Of a DNA stretch of 41,211 nt, positions 20,876-29,681 are shown in pieces. The position numbers and the translations under genes were made by a program. The stretch's first letter is position 1. Every line of letters begins with the position of its first letter. The notes beneath the pieces were generated by a model. It made no database searches, was not told where the DNA came from, and saw nothing but the letters and a program-made list of their open reading frames with translations. The stretch lies in sequence record DRR378314_581. One strand, written 5' to 3'.

Positions 20876-20901
20876 GGTCTCGACTGCGCTCGACCTGACA
20901 T
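20876..20901 (-). repeat. REP-like palindrome, right arm of the 26-bp inverted repeat
   Basis: GGTCTCGACTGCGCTCGACCTGACAT. Confidence 0.92.
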
Positions 20902-20927
20902 CAAACGTAGCAAAGTATATTAAAATG

Positions 20928-20977
20928 GGTCTCGACTTTAGTTTATCCTGAGCGTGGCCGAAGGACTCGACCTGACA
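20928..20977 (-). repeat. REP copy interrupted by a nested 28-bp related palindrome
   Basis: GGTCTCGACT-[TTAGTTTATCCTGAGCGTGGCCGAAGGA]-CTCGACCTGACA versus the empty form GGTCTCGACT-GCG-CTCGACCTGACA. Confidence 0.85.
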
Positions 20978-20983
20978 GTTTGC

Positions 20984-22045
20984 CTATAACATCACCGTTT
21001 TCCCCGTTTTAACGGATTCATCCGCAGCCAATACAATCTTAAGACTGTTGACGGCATCATTTAAATGATGGGAGAGGTCTCGGTCGTTCACTATGGCATC
21101 CAACAGATATTCCTGTTCCAACAAGCAAAGTCCGTCATGGTCGGGTTCATCAGAAGTACTGATGATTTCATCTTTTTTGACGAAATTTCCATCGGTGTCG
21201 AGTTGGCTATGGTGCAATTTTAAACTTCCGGTTTTGGTATGCCCCTCAATATCTTCAGATGCGCCTTTGTCCGCATCGCTAATGGAAACACAGCCCTTGG
21301 GACCAATAACATCTTTTATGAAAAATGCGGTTTCGCTCATCATGGGTCCCCAACCTGCTTCGTACCAACCTACGGAACCATCTTCAAAACGTACCTGTAG
21401 CTGTCCATAATTGTACATATCGGAATCCACTTCATCTGATAAATGTGCGCCAATGGCAGAAACACTGATGGGTTTGGAACGGGTCATGGAACACATCACA
21501 TCCACATAATGCACGCCACAGTCCACAATGGGCGACATGGATTGCATCAACTGTTTGTGGGTGTACCACTGCTCCCCCGAGCTTTGTTGGTTCAGGTTCA
21601 TTCGCATCACCAGGGGTTTGCCCAAGGTCTGTGCCATTTCTGTAAACTTGGACCACGTAGGGTGCACTCGCAAAATATAACCCACTACCATTTTAAGCTC
21701 ATGTTTATGACTTAGGTCAACCAATGTTTGTGCCTCATCCACGGTCAAGGCCAATGGTTTTTCCACAAAGACATGAGCATTGGCCACAAGGGCCATTTTT
21801 ACATAGTTGTAATGCGTGTCCGGGTATGTGTTTATAGAGACAACATCGGGTCGAGTTGTTTTCAATGCTTCGGCATAATCCGAAAAAGTAGGTGCTCCAT
21901 CCAATTCTTGGGAAAGGTGCTCCCTACTTTTGGCACCTCTACTTACCAATCCCACTATTTCAAATCCATCCAATTGGTGATAGGCACGAGCGTGCGAAGT
22001 TCCCATATTGCCGCATCCGACCACTAAGGTTTTTAATTGTTTCAT
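20984..22045 (-). CDS. Gfo/Idh/MocA family NAD(P)-dependent oxidoreductase
   Basis: GCGNMG Rossmann motif, HVFVEKP, DCGVHYVD. Confidence 0.92.
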   Translation of the reverse strand: MKQLKTLVVGCGNMGTSHARAYHQLDGFEIVGLVSRGAKSREHLSQELDGAPTFSDYAEALKTTRPDVVSINTYPDTHYNYVKMALVANAHVFVEKPLALTVDEAQTLVDLSHKHELKMVVGYILRVHPTWSKFTEMAQTLGKPLVMRMNLNQQSSGEQWYTHKQLMQSMSPIVDCGVHYVDVMCSMTRSKPISVSAIGAHLSDEVDSDMYNYGQLQVRFEDGSVGWYEAGWGPMMSETAFFIKDVIGPKGCVSISDADKGASEDIEGHTKTGSLKLHHSQLDTDGNFVKKDEIISTSDEPDHDGLCLLEQEYLLDAIVNDRDLSHHLNDAVNSLKIVLAADESVKTGKTVML

Positions 22046-22197
22046 TGTTCGGTTAATTTATCTTTAAAGATAGGATTATCTGAATTTTTGAACCTATTGG
22101 GTGGTGATAAGCTGCTAAAAACCCTAACTATAACGTTGTAAATGTTTTCTTATCATTAAACCTTTCTTAAAAGCTTTATTGGTCCATCGGGTATGCC

Positions 22198-22205
22198 TAA
22201 TTTTG
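22198..22205 (+). promoter_or_regulatory. -7 promoter element directly before the efflux gene
   Basis: TAATTTTG ending 4 nt before the ATG at 22210. Confidence 0.5.
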
Positions 22206-22209
22206 CCTG

Positions 22210-23424
22210 ATGCAAAAGTTAAATCAGAAACCCAACTTTGAGTTTGTGGCCATGATGGCCGCTTTGATGTCCATCGTAGCCTTGGCCATTGATGCCATTT
22301 TGCCCGCAATTTCCAATATTGGGGTGGCCATTGATAGCACCGACCCTACGGATAATCAATTATTGGTTACCATGATTTTCTTGGGACTTGGCGTAGGGCA
22401 ATTGTTCTTTGGGCCCATATCGGACAGTTTTGGACGTAAGCCGGTTGTATACATCGGTTTTATCATCTTTTTACTGGCAAGTATCATCTGTTTATATGCG
22501 CCATCCTTGGAGATTATGGTAATTGGTAGAATTTTACAGGGAATCGGGCTCTCTGCACCCCGAACCATCTCCATATCCATTATTCGAGACACGTATGAGG
22601 GGGATTATATGGCCAAGGTAATGTCTTTCGTAGTTGCATTTTTTATTCTAGTGCCCGTTGTTGCTCCTGCCATAGGAAAATTGATTTTGGATGCTGCGGG
22701 TTGGCAAGCCATTTTTTATGTACAAATGTTCTTTGTGCTGGTGGTTGCCGTATGGTTTTGGAAGCGACAAAAAGAAACACTTCATCCTGAATATAAAATC
22801 CCCTTTACGAGACACGTTTTTGTTGATGGTGTTAAAGAGTTTGTAAAATATAGGGAGACGGTTGCCTTTACATTGACATCGGGATTGGTAACCGGCGCAT
22901 TTTTGGTATACCTGAGTTCTGCCCAGCATATTTTTGAAGATCAATATGCCCTCAAAGAAATATTTCCGTACATCTTTGCGGGACTTGCTGTTTCTATTGG
23001 GCTTTCAACTTTTTTAAATGGAACCTTGGTAATGCATTTTGGAATGCGAAGACTGTCTTTAATGGCAACCATTGTATTTTGCGTTGTTGCACTTACCTAC
23101 TCCATTGTTTTTCTCAATACCCCTAACCCGAGCATTTATGTATTGGTCGGATTTTTGTCCATCCAGTTTTTCTGCCTTGGATTTATGTGGGGGAACTTCC
23201 GTTCCATCGCCATGGAGCCTATCGGTCATATTGCAGGAATCGGAGCGGCTATTAATGGGTTTGTGTCCACATTACTTTCCATACCCATCGCAACCTTTAT
23301 CGGTGAGTTTGTAAAAGATTCCGTTTGGCCGTTATTTGCAGGTTTGGCGATTTGTGGACTGTGCGCGTTGACTATTTTTCTTTTGGTGAACAAACCCAAA
23401 AGAAAGCGAGTGGTCACAACTTAA
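22210..23424 (+). CDS. Bcr/CflA-type MFS multidrug efflux transporter
   Basis: Multiple TM segments; AIDAILPA, GPISDSFGRKPV, GRILQG. Confidence 0.92.
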   Translation: MQKLNQKPNFEFVAMMAALMSIVALAIDAILPAISNIGVAIDSTDPTDNQLLVTMIFLGLGVGQLFFGPISDSFGRKPVVYIGFIIFLLASIICLYAPSLEIMVIGRILQGIGLSAPRTISISIIRDTYEGDYMAKVMSFVVAFFILVPVVAPAIGKLILDAAGWQAIFYVQMFFVLVVAVWFWKRQKETLHPEYKIPFTRHVFVDGVKEFVKYRETVAFTLTSGLVTGAFLVYLSSAQHIFEDQYALKEIFPYIFAGLAVSIGLSTFLNGTLVMHFGMRRLSLMATIVFCVVALTYSIVFLNTPNPSIYVLVGFLSIQFFCLGFMWGNFRSIAMEPIGHIAGIGAAINGFVSTLLSIPIATFIGEFVKDSVWPLFAGLAICGLCALTIFLLVNKPKRKRVVTT

Positions 23425-24509
23425 TTGGTTTCAGGAAAAAACACTTCGCCACTACACGAATCGGAAGTGGCACCTGTAACTGATTTCAGCACGTTGGTTT
23501 TCCCCTCCAAACGGAGTACGCCCATTAATGCAAAAACAAGAGCTTCTTTGTAGGCAATCAAGGTTTTGTTTGGCACTACAACTTCAATACTCGTCCCTAA
23601 TTTATCTTGAAGGGTATCTATAAAGAATTGATTGAGTGCGCCTCCACCGGTAGCAAGTAACTTACTCTTGGGCTTATCTTTGTTTTTGTGTTTTTGTACC
23701 GACAATGCAATCTGTTCGCAATTATGATGGATAAAAGTGTGCAACAAATCTTCATTGGAAATCTGCGATGCTTCGATCATGGGAACAATCTCCGAAGTAA
23801 ACCATTCGTAACCCGTGGATTTGGGATAGGGCAGACCATAATACTCCAAATTGTTGAGTCTTTGGAGGAGGGTATGGTCCAATTTTCCCGAGCGGGCCTG
23901 TTTCCCTTCATCATCATAGGCCAGTCCCATTTTATGGGTGATGTAATTCAAGGGCATATTGGCCAACCCAATATCGTAGGCAATGCGGTCCCCGTTTTTA
24001 TCAAAAGAGATGTTGCTGATTCCACCCAAATTCAAGCAAAAATCATATGCACGGAACAACAATTTATCGCCAATGGGTACCAAGGGGGCACCTTGTCCCT
24101 TTAGGGACACATCTTTCGTCCTGAAATCACATACCACCTGTTTTCCAGAAGTATTTGCCAAGAGTTGTCCATCACCCAGTTGAAAAGTGATATTTTCTTT
24201 TGGTCGATGATGTGATGTGTGACCGTGACTAGCGATAAAATCAACCTCTTCGTCCAACTCATCTATAAATATTTTGGATTGTTGTCCCAACCAAATTCCA
24301 TAATCCTTGTGCAGTTGTTCGTGTTCTTCTTCGGAAAGATGAATCGCGTTTTTGAGGTATTCCCGCATTTCATCGGAATAATCGATTTCGGCAGTTTCTT
24401 TTATGGAAAAACTCCATTTTCCATCTTCTTTCCAAATATGGCAATAGGCGATGTCCAACCCATCGAGAGAGGTTCCAGACATTAACCCCAAGACTTTATA
24501 AACACTCAT
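23421..24509 (-). CDS. anmK: Anhydro-N-acetylmuramic acid kinase
   Basis: GLMSGTSLDGLD, SHGHT, GQGAPLVP, LNLGGISN, PKSTG, KEALVFA. Confidence 0.95.
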   Translation of the reverse strand: MSVYKVLGLMSGTSLDGLDIAYCHIWKEDGKWSFSIKETAEIDYSDEMREYLKNAIHLSEEEHEQLHKDYGIWLGQQSKIFIDELDEEVDFIASHGHTSHHRPKENITFQLGDGQLLANTSGKQVVCDFRTKDVSLKGQGAPLVPIGDKLLFRAYDFCLNLGGISNISFDKNGDRIAYDIGLANMPLNYITHKMGLAYDDEGKQARSGKLDHTLLQRLNNLEYYGLPYPKSTGYEWFTSEIVPMIEASQISNEDLLHTFIHHNCEQIALSVQKHKNKDKPKSKLLATGGGALNQFFIDTLQDKLGTSIEVVVPNKTLIAYKEALVFALMGVLRLEGKTNVLKSVTGATSDSCSGEVFFPETN

Positions 24510-26092
24510 GGTTGAAAGGTTTTTAGTTGGATAGGGAGTTCCCCTTTAGCTTCAATTGTAACAGAAAAATGATCGAAAGCAACTTCCTGAAACTCTGGAA
24601 AATCTTGATACACCAGCACAACATTTGAAACGGACTTCAACTTTAAAACATCCAGCACGTAGGGATTTCCAAAAAGATAGATCAATGTATTTTTCTTCCC
24701 AACCAATTTATGGATTAAGGACAATGTTTTTTCATCAAAACCGAACCGATCTTTGGGCTTGACGGCAGGAGGGAAGATGCTCAATACAAGATTTTGGTTG
24801 TCAGATGCTAAGGCAGCATCCAAATTAACCTCTTTTGACCCAAAATTGGATGAAATTTGTTCCGAAAAGCTATTTTTCTTGCCGGAATTCACGGAAACAT
24901 TCAAAAAACCAGAAGATTTTATTTGCTCCACGATTGATGTGTTGCCATACAATTCCGTGATGCTTTGTGCTGCAATTTTGCGGTTCAATTTGGAGTTTTC
25001 ATCAAGACCAGCATCACTGGTAGGCGTTTTTTCGGAAAACACTTTGTGTTTTAACTTCCAGACTCGTTCAAAACTTTCTTGAATTCTTTCTTCTGAAGCA
25101 TTTGTCAAAATCTGTTCAACACCTTCAGCTACATGTTCACTAAAACATAGCACGTCCATACCCGCAGTAAAGGCTGCTTTTTCCAAGGCTCCTTTTTGAG
25201 GGAATTTTTTGGACACTGCATGCATGTTCAATGCATCAGAAATTACAACCCCTTTAAAACCTAATTGCTTTCGGAGAAGGTCTGTAATGATTCTTGATGA
25301 GGTGGTGGATGGATTTTCTGAATCCAACTGAGGCAAAAGCAGGTGTCCTACCATTACTGAATCTACTCCTGCTTTAATCAGTTTTTGAAAAGGAAATAAC
25401 TCATTCTCCATAAGTTCCTCCAAAGATTTGTCGATTACGGGCAAACCTAAATGGGAGTCCGTTGCGGTATCGCCGTGCCCTGGAAAATGCTTAATGGAGT
25501 TTAGGGTTCCACTCTTTGCCATTCCTTTTAGGAATGCTCCTGCTTTGTGGGTCACACTATTTTTATCATCCCCAAAAGAACGGTATCCAATTACAGGGTT
25601 TTCCGGATTGTTGTTGATATCGACCACGGGTCCCAAATTCCATTGAATTCCTGCTTGCCTGCAATCGTTTCCAATAGCTTTGCCCACTTTATAAATTAGG
25701 TCATTATTGCTGGTCAAGGCGCCCAGCGTGATGGCATAAGGGTATTGCGGCGTGTTTTCTATGCGCATGGCAAGTCCCCATTCGGCATCAATAGCAACAA
25801 GTAAAGGTGTAGTGGCAGCTTTTTGATACCGGGTAATCAACTCCAACAGACGATCGTAGCTTTTTTCGTTGTGCACAATTTTCTTCTTCCCTTCAAAATT
25901 GGTGGCGGCACTGGCCCTGCTGTGGAAAAAGCAAATGGAACCCACATGCTGTTCTTTGATGAGCTTCTCCATCTGCTGCACTTCTTCCTCTGTGTCGTTG
26001 ATAAAAACAGCTGGCATGAACAATTGCCCCACTTTCTGTTTTAAAGTCAGGGTTTCTTTTGGAAGTGTATAAGTTTGATGAATTTTAGTCAT
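24506..26092 (-). CDS. Glycoside hydrolase family 3 beta-N-acetylhexosaminidase (NagZ-like)
   Basis: DAEWG, RSFG, KHFPGHGDTATDSH, ISDALNM; no signal peptide; start placed at the ATG at 26092 overlapping the ampG stop. Confidence 0.9.
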   Translation of the reverse strand: MTKIHQTYTLPKETLTLKQKVGQLFMPAVFINDTEEEVQQMEKLIKEQHVGSICFFHSRASAATNFEGKKKIVHNEKSYDRLLELITRYQKAATTPLLVAIDAEWGLAMRIENTPQYPYAITLGALTSNNDLIYKVGKAIGNDCRQAGIQWNLGPVVDINNNPENPVIGYRSFGDDKNSVTHKAGAFLKGMAKSGTLNSIKHFPGHGDTATDSHLGLPVIDKSLEELMENELFPFQKLIKAGVDSVMVGHLLLPQLDSENPSTTSSRIITDLLRKQLGFKGVVISDALNMHAVSKKFPQKGALEKAAFTAGMDVLCFSEHVAEGVEQILTNASEERIQESFERVWKLKHKVFSEKTPTSDAGLDENSKLNRKIAAQSITELYGNTSIVEQIKSSGFLNVSVNSGKKNSFSEQISSNFGSKEVNLDAALASDNQNLVLSIFPPAVKPKDRFGFDEKTLSLIHKLVGKKNTLIYLFGNPYVLDVLKLKSVSNVVLVYQDFPEFQEVAFDHFSVTIEAKGELPIQLKTFQP

Positions 26093-27365
26093 TGGATTCA
26101 ACCGTTTTTTTACCGTAATCTGCAGGATACTTTAAATAGCGAAGGACCAAAAAAGCAGGTAAAGCGGCAATAACCACCCAAATAAAGAAGCCATCGTAGC
26201 CTAACCATTCTTGTATGTATCCGCTCAACATTCCGGGTAGCATCATACCCAAGGCCATAAAACCTGTGGCGATAGCGTAGTGGGATGTTTTGGAGGCTCC
26301 TTCGGCCACATAAATAAGGTACATCATAAAAGCGGCAAAGCCGAAACCGTACCCAAATTGTTCAAGCACTACGGTACCGACCACGGCATATATGCTGGTG
26401 GTTTGCGTCACGGCCAAAATCGCATACAGTGCATTGGGCAAATTGAGCGCAAGTAACATGGGCAACATCCATTTTTTAAGTCCATCTCGGGAAATCAATA
26501 TTCCCCCAAGGATTCCTCCGAGTGACAGCATAATTACGCCCACGGTACCATAAATAGTGCCCACGGCTTCGGTGGAGTAAGCCAATCCGCCTACTTCCAG
26601 CTCATCCAACAAGAAAGGAGAGGCCATTTTCACCAATTGGGATTCCCCCAGTCTATACGTTAATACAAACAAAAGGGCGACTCCGATTTGATGTTTCTTG
26701 AAAAAAGTGGCAAATACTTCGAAGAATCCTGCTGGTTTTTCCTTGGGTTCGGTGGTTGTTTCTTCAAACTTGGGAGCAGTAAAAAAGTTGGATACCGTTA
26801 GGGCAAGCATTAATACCGCTGCACTGATCATGGTTACTGACCATGCTTTGGTGTTGTCACCGTATTTATTCTCAAGAAAACCAGCAAAAATCACCAAAAG
26901 TCCTTGGCCTGTTACCATCGCCAATCGATAAAAAGTACTACGAAGGCCAATGAAAAAGGATTGCTTTTTTTGGGTGAGGCCTATCATATAATACCCATCC
27001 GAAGCTATATCGTTGGTGGCGGAGGCGAATGCAGCCATCCAAAAGAACGCCAGCGTTATGATAAAGAAGGAATTTGAAGGTAGAAAGAGGCCGATGCCCA
27101 AAAATGCGAGGGCAACCACCAATTGCATGCCCAAAAACCATTTTCTTTTGGTGCCGTTAAGGTCAACAATGGGACTCCACAAGGGTTTGATGACCCAAGG
27201 CAAGTACAGCCAACTCGTGTACAATCCTATTTCGGCATTGCCAATGCCCAATCTTTTGTACATGATTACGGAGACCGTTACCACCAAAATGTAGGGAATC
27301 CCTTGGGTAAAATATAAAAATGGAATCCACAGCCATGCGTTTTTATCTTTCGGAGCTACGTTCAT
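26085..27365 (-). CDS. ampG: AmpG family muropeptide MFS permease
   Basis: LYFTQGIP, LPWVIKPLWSP, SATNDIASDG; located with anmK and GH3. Confidence 0.88.
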   Translation of the reverse strand: MNVAPKDKNAWLWIPFLYFTQGIPYILVVTVSVIMYKRLGIGNAEIGLYTSWLYLPWVIKPLWSPIVDLNGTKRKWFLGMQLVVALAFLGIGLFLPSNSFFIITLAFFWMAAFASATNDIASDGYYMIGLTQKKQSFFIGLRSTFYRLAMVTGQGLLVIFAGFLENKYGDNTKAWSVTMISAAVLMLALTVSNFFTAPKFEETTTEPKEKPAGFFEVFATFFKKHQIGVALLFVLTYRLGESQLVKMASPFLLDELEVGGLAYSTEAVGTIYGTVGVIMLSLGGILGGILISRDGLKKWMLPMLLALNLPNALYAILAVTQTTSIYAVVGTVVLEQFGYGFGFAAFMMYLIYVAEGASKTSHYAIATGFMALGMMLPGMLSGYIQEWLGYDGFFIWVVIAALPAFLVLRYLKYPADYGKKTVESND

Positions 27366-27488
27366 TTGTGGTTTTAATTTTCAGTATTGGTTTTTGTTGG
27401 TTGAAATATCGGGAAGTTCAAGCTAATTAGGTAACATCACTTTGGTTTACGGTCAAGTTTTATGTTTTTTAACGGAAGCACATAAAAG

Positions 27489-27525
27489 AAAAAAGGCCTA
27501 CGTATGCACTAAATGTAGGCCTTTT
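27489..27525 (-). terminator. Intrinsic terminator downstream of nagB
   Basis: AAAAGGCCTAC-13 nt-GTAGGCCTTTT with T-tracts on both strands. Confidence 0.75.
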
Positions 27526-27571
27526 CGAGATTAATTAAACAACTAACAACTTAAAATGAAATGTTGTTTTT

Positions 27572-29509
27572 TTAGAAATGGTACCGTACAAAACCTTCCA
27601 TGGCTTCGTACTCTGCCATTCCTAGTGCATTATATCTATTCGCTGTATCCTTGTTTCTTTGTTCTGCACGTTGCCAGAATTCCCTTTCGTCGTTTCCAGG
27701 GAACATGGCACTGTCCTTTTGGGATTGGTGTTTGAATATGGCGTTGATTTTTCTGTCCATATCTTTTGGTCCGATCGGTACGGCCATTTCCATATCTGCA
27801 ATGTCCCATTCCTGCCATGCACCTCTATACAACCAAACGTAGCAGTTTCTTATCCAATCCGAGCCTTCATCCACCAAGCGTTCAATGGCTTTAAAGATTA
27901 CATCCAAACAAACTCTGTGTGTACCATGTGGGTCGGAAAGGTCACCTGCGGCAAAGATTTGATGCGGTTTTAGTTTGTTCAGCAAATCATAGGTGATTTG
28001 AACATCTTTGTCAGAAAGCGGTTTCTTCCTAACGGCACCTGTTTCATAGAATGGCAGGTTCTGAAAATGTGCATTTTCCTCCTTCACACCACAATAGCGA
28101 CAAGCGGCCAAGGCTTCCCCTTTTCTTATCAATCCTTTAAAATACTGTACTTCGGGACTGTCCAATTCTCCCGGTTTTTTGTTGGCCAGAAACTCACGCA
28201 CCTCTTTAAACCTCTTTTTGAGGTCCTTGTTGTCTTTTTGAACATCGGTGGCAAAATCAAGGAATCGTATTACTTCATCATCAAAAACTGCAATATTACC
28301 CGAAGTTTGATACGCTACGTGCACATTGTGTCCTTGGTCCACCAATCGCAATAAAGTGCCTCCCATTGAAATCACGTCATCATCGGGGTGAGGACTAAAA
28401 ATTAATGAGGTCTTAGGGTGGGGTTGTGCTCTTTCGGGTCTTTGACTGTCATCAGCATTGGGTTTTCCACCTGGCCAGCCTGTAATTGTGCGTTGCAATT
28501 GGTTAAATACCGATAGATTGATTTGCTCTGCGGAGCCTACCTCGGCAATTAGGCTGCCCATACCATATTCATTATAATCTTCGTTGGTCAATTTTAAGAT
28601 GGCCTTGTCCAGTTTTTCGGATAGCCAAATTGATGCGGTTTTGATGAGTTTTTCATCCCAATCACACTCGGTTACCAACCATGGCGTTTTTATTCTTGTC
28701 AGGTAGGAAGATGCTGCTCCGTCAAGAACAAAATCACAATTGGTATGATGCTGTAAAAAAGTTGCAGGAACGGATTCTTTTATTTCGCCTTCCACTGCCT
28801 GCCGTACAATAGGGGCTTTTCCTTCCCCCCAGGCCATAATAATTATTCTCTTGGCGTCCATTATGGTACCGACACCCATAGTGATGGCTCTTCTAGGAAC
28901 ATTTTCTTCGCCAAAGAAATCACTTGCAGCATCAAGGCGTGTTACACGGTCCAAGCGAACCAAACGGGTTTTGCTGTTTAGGGAGGAGCCAGGTTCGTTG
29001 AAACCGATATGCCCGGTTCTTCCAATACCTAGAATCTGAATATCAATACCTCCGACATTTTTTATTTTCTCCTCATAATCCAAGCAATACTTTCTGATTT
29101 CTTCCTTAGGCAAACTCCCATCTGGAATGTGGACATTATGAGGTTCAATATCAATATGGTCAAACAAGTGTTCGTTCATGAAGCGAACATAGCTATGGAT
29201 GGAGTCTGGATCCATCGGGAAATATTCGTCCAAATTGAAAGTGACCACATTTTTGAAGCTAAGCCTACCTTCTTTATAAAACTGAACCAAGTAATCGTAC
29301 ACCTTGGTCGGCGTAGAGCCTGTTGCCAACCCAAGAACTGCCTTTTTGCCTTCTTCTTGCCTTTGTTTGATTAGACTTGCAATTTCATTGGCAACATACC
29401 ATGATGCACTTTGAGCGTCTTGGTAAATATGGGTGTCGATTTTTTCGAACTTCACCATTTCGGTGTCCAAGACCTCTCTTTTTAATAGATTATCGGCTAA
29501 TTCTTGCAT
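27572..29509 (-). CDS. nagB: Glucosamine-6-phosphate deaminase fused to a C-terminal PIG-L/LmbE-type deacetylase domain
   Basis: LGLATGSTP, FNLDEY, GIGRTGHIGFNEPG; C-terminal SPHPDDDVISMGG and DPHGTH. Confidence 0.93.
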   Translation of the reverse strand: MQELADNLLKREVLDTEMVKFEKIDTHIYQDAQSASWYVANEIASLIKQRQEEGKKAVLGLATGSTPTKVYDYLVQFYKEGRLSFKNVVTFNLDEYFPMDPDSIHSYVRFMNEHLFDHIDIEPHNVHIPDGSLPKEEIRKYCLDYEEKIKNVGGIDIQILGIGRTGHIGFNEPGSSLNSKTRLVRLDRVTRLDAASDFFGEENVPRRAITMGVGTIMDAKRIIIMAWGEGKAPIVRQAVEGEIKESVPATFLQHHTNCDFVLDGAASSYLTRIKTPWLVTECDWDEKLIKTASIWLSEKLDKAILKLTNEDYNEYGMGSLIAEVGSAEQINLSVFNQLQRTITGWPGGKPNADDSQRPERAQPHPKTSLIFSPHPDDDVISMGGTLLRLVDQGHNVHVAYQTSGNIAVFDDEVIRFLDFATDVQKDNKDLKKRFKEVREFLANKKPGELDSPEVQYFKGLIRKGEALAACRYCGVKEENAHFQNLPFYETGAVRKKPLSDKDVQITYDLLNKLKPHQIFAAGDLSDPHGTHRVCLDVIFKAIERLVDEGSDWIRNCYVWLYRGAWQEWDIADMEMAVPIGPKDMDRKINAIFKHQSQKDSAMFPGNDEREFWQRAEQRNKDTANRYNALGMAEYEAMEGFVRYHF

Positions 29510-29539
29510 TATTTATCGATGTTTAGATGTTAATCGAGA

Positions 29540-29571
29540 CAAATATAATGTAAAATTGCTGTTTTTTGCAA
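29540..29571 (-). promoter_or_regulatory. nagB promoter (-7 TATATTTG, -33 TTG)
   Basis: CAAATATA at 29540-29547 and CAA at 29569-29571 on +, 21-nt spacer. Confidence 0.6.
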
Positions 29572-29590
29572 TATATTTGCTGTTTTATGC
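29556..29590. promoter_or_regulatory. Candidate operator: 14-bp direct repeat
   Basis: TTGCTGTTTTTTGC (29556-29569) and TTGCTGTTTTATGC (29577-29590), 21-bp period. Confidence 0.55.
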
Positions 29591-29650
29591 TTTTTTAAAG
29601 AAAAGTTAACATTGCAATCAAACCAGAAGGCGTTATTTTGAATTGTTTTC

Positions 29651-29658
29651 TACTTTTG
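29651..29658 (+). promoter_or_regulatory. -7 promoter element for deoR-murQ
   Basis: TACTTTTG 23 nt before the ATG at 29682. Confidence 0.5.
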
Positions 29659-29681
29659 AAATCATATGAAAAGGATAGAAT

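Noticed and set aside
20390-20977. Possible CRISPR array or classical IS/MITE
   Set aside because: Repeats are inverted, irregularly spaced and variable; no cas gene, no DDE/HUH transposase and no target-site duplication visible
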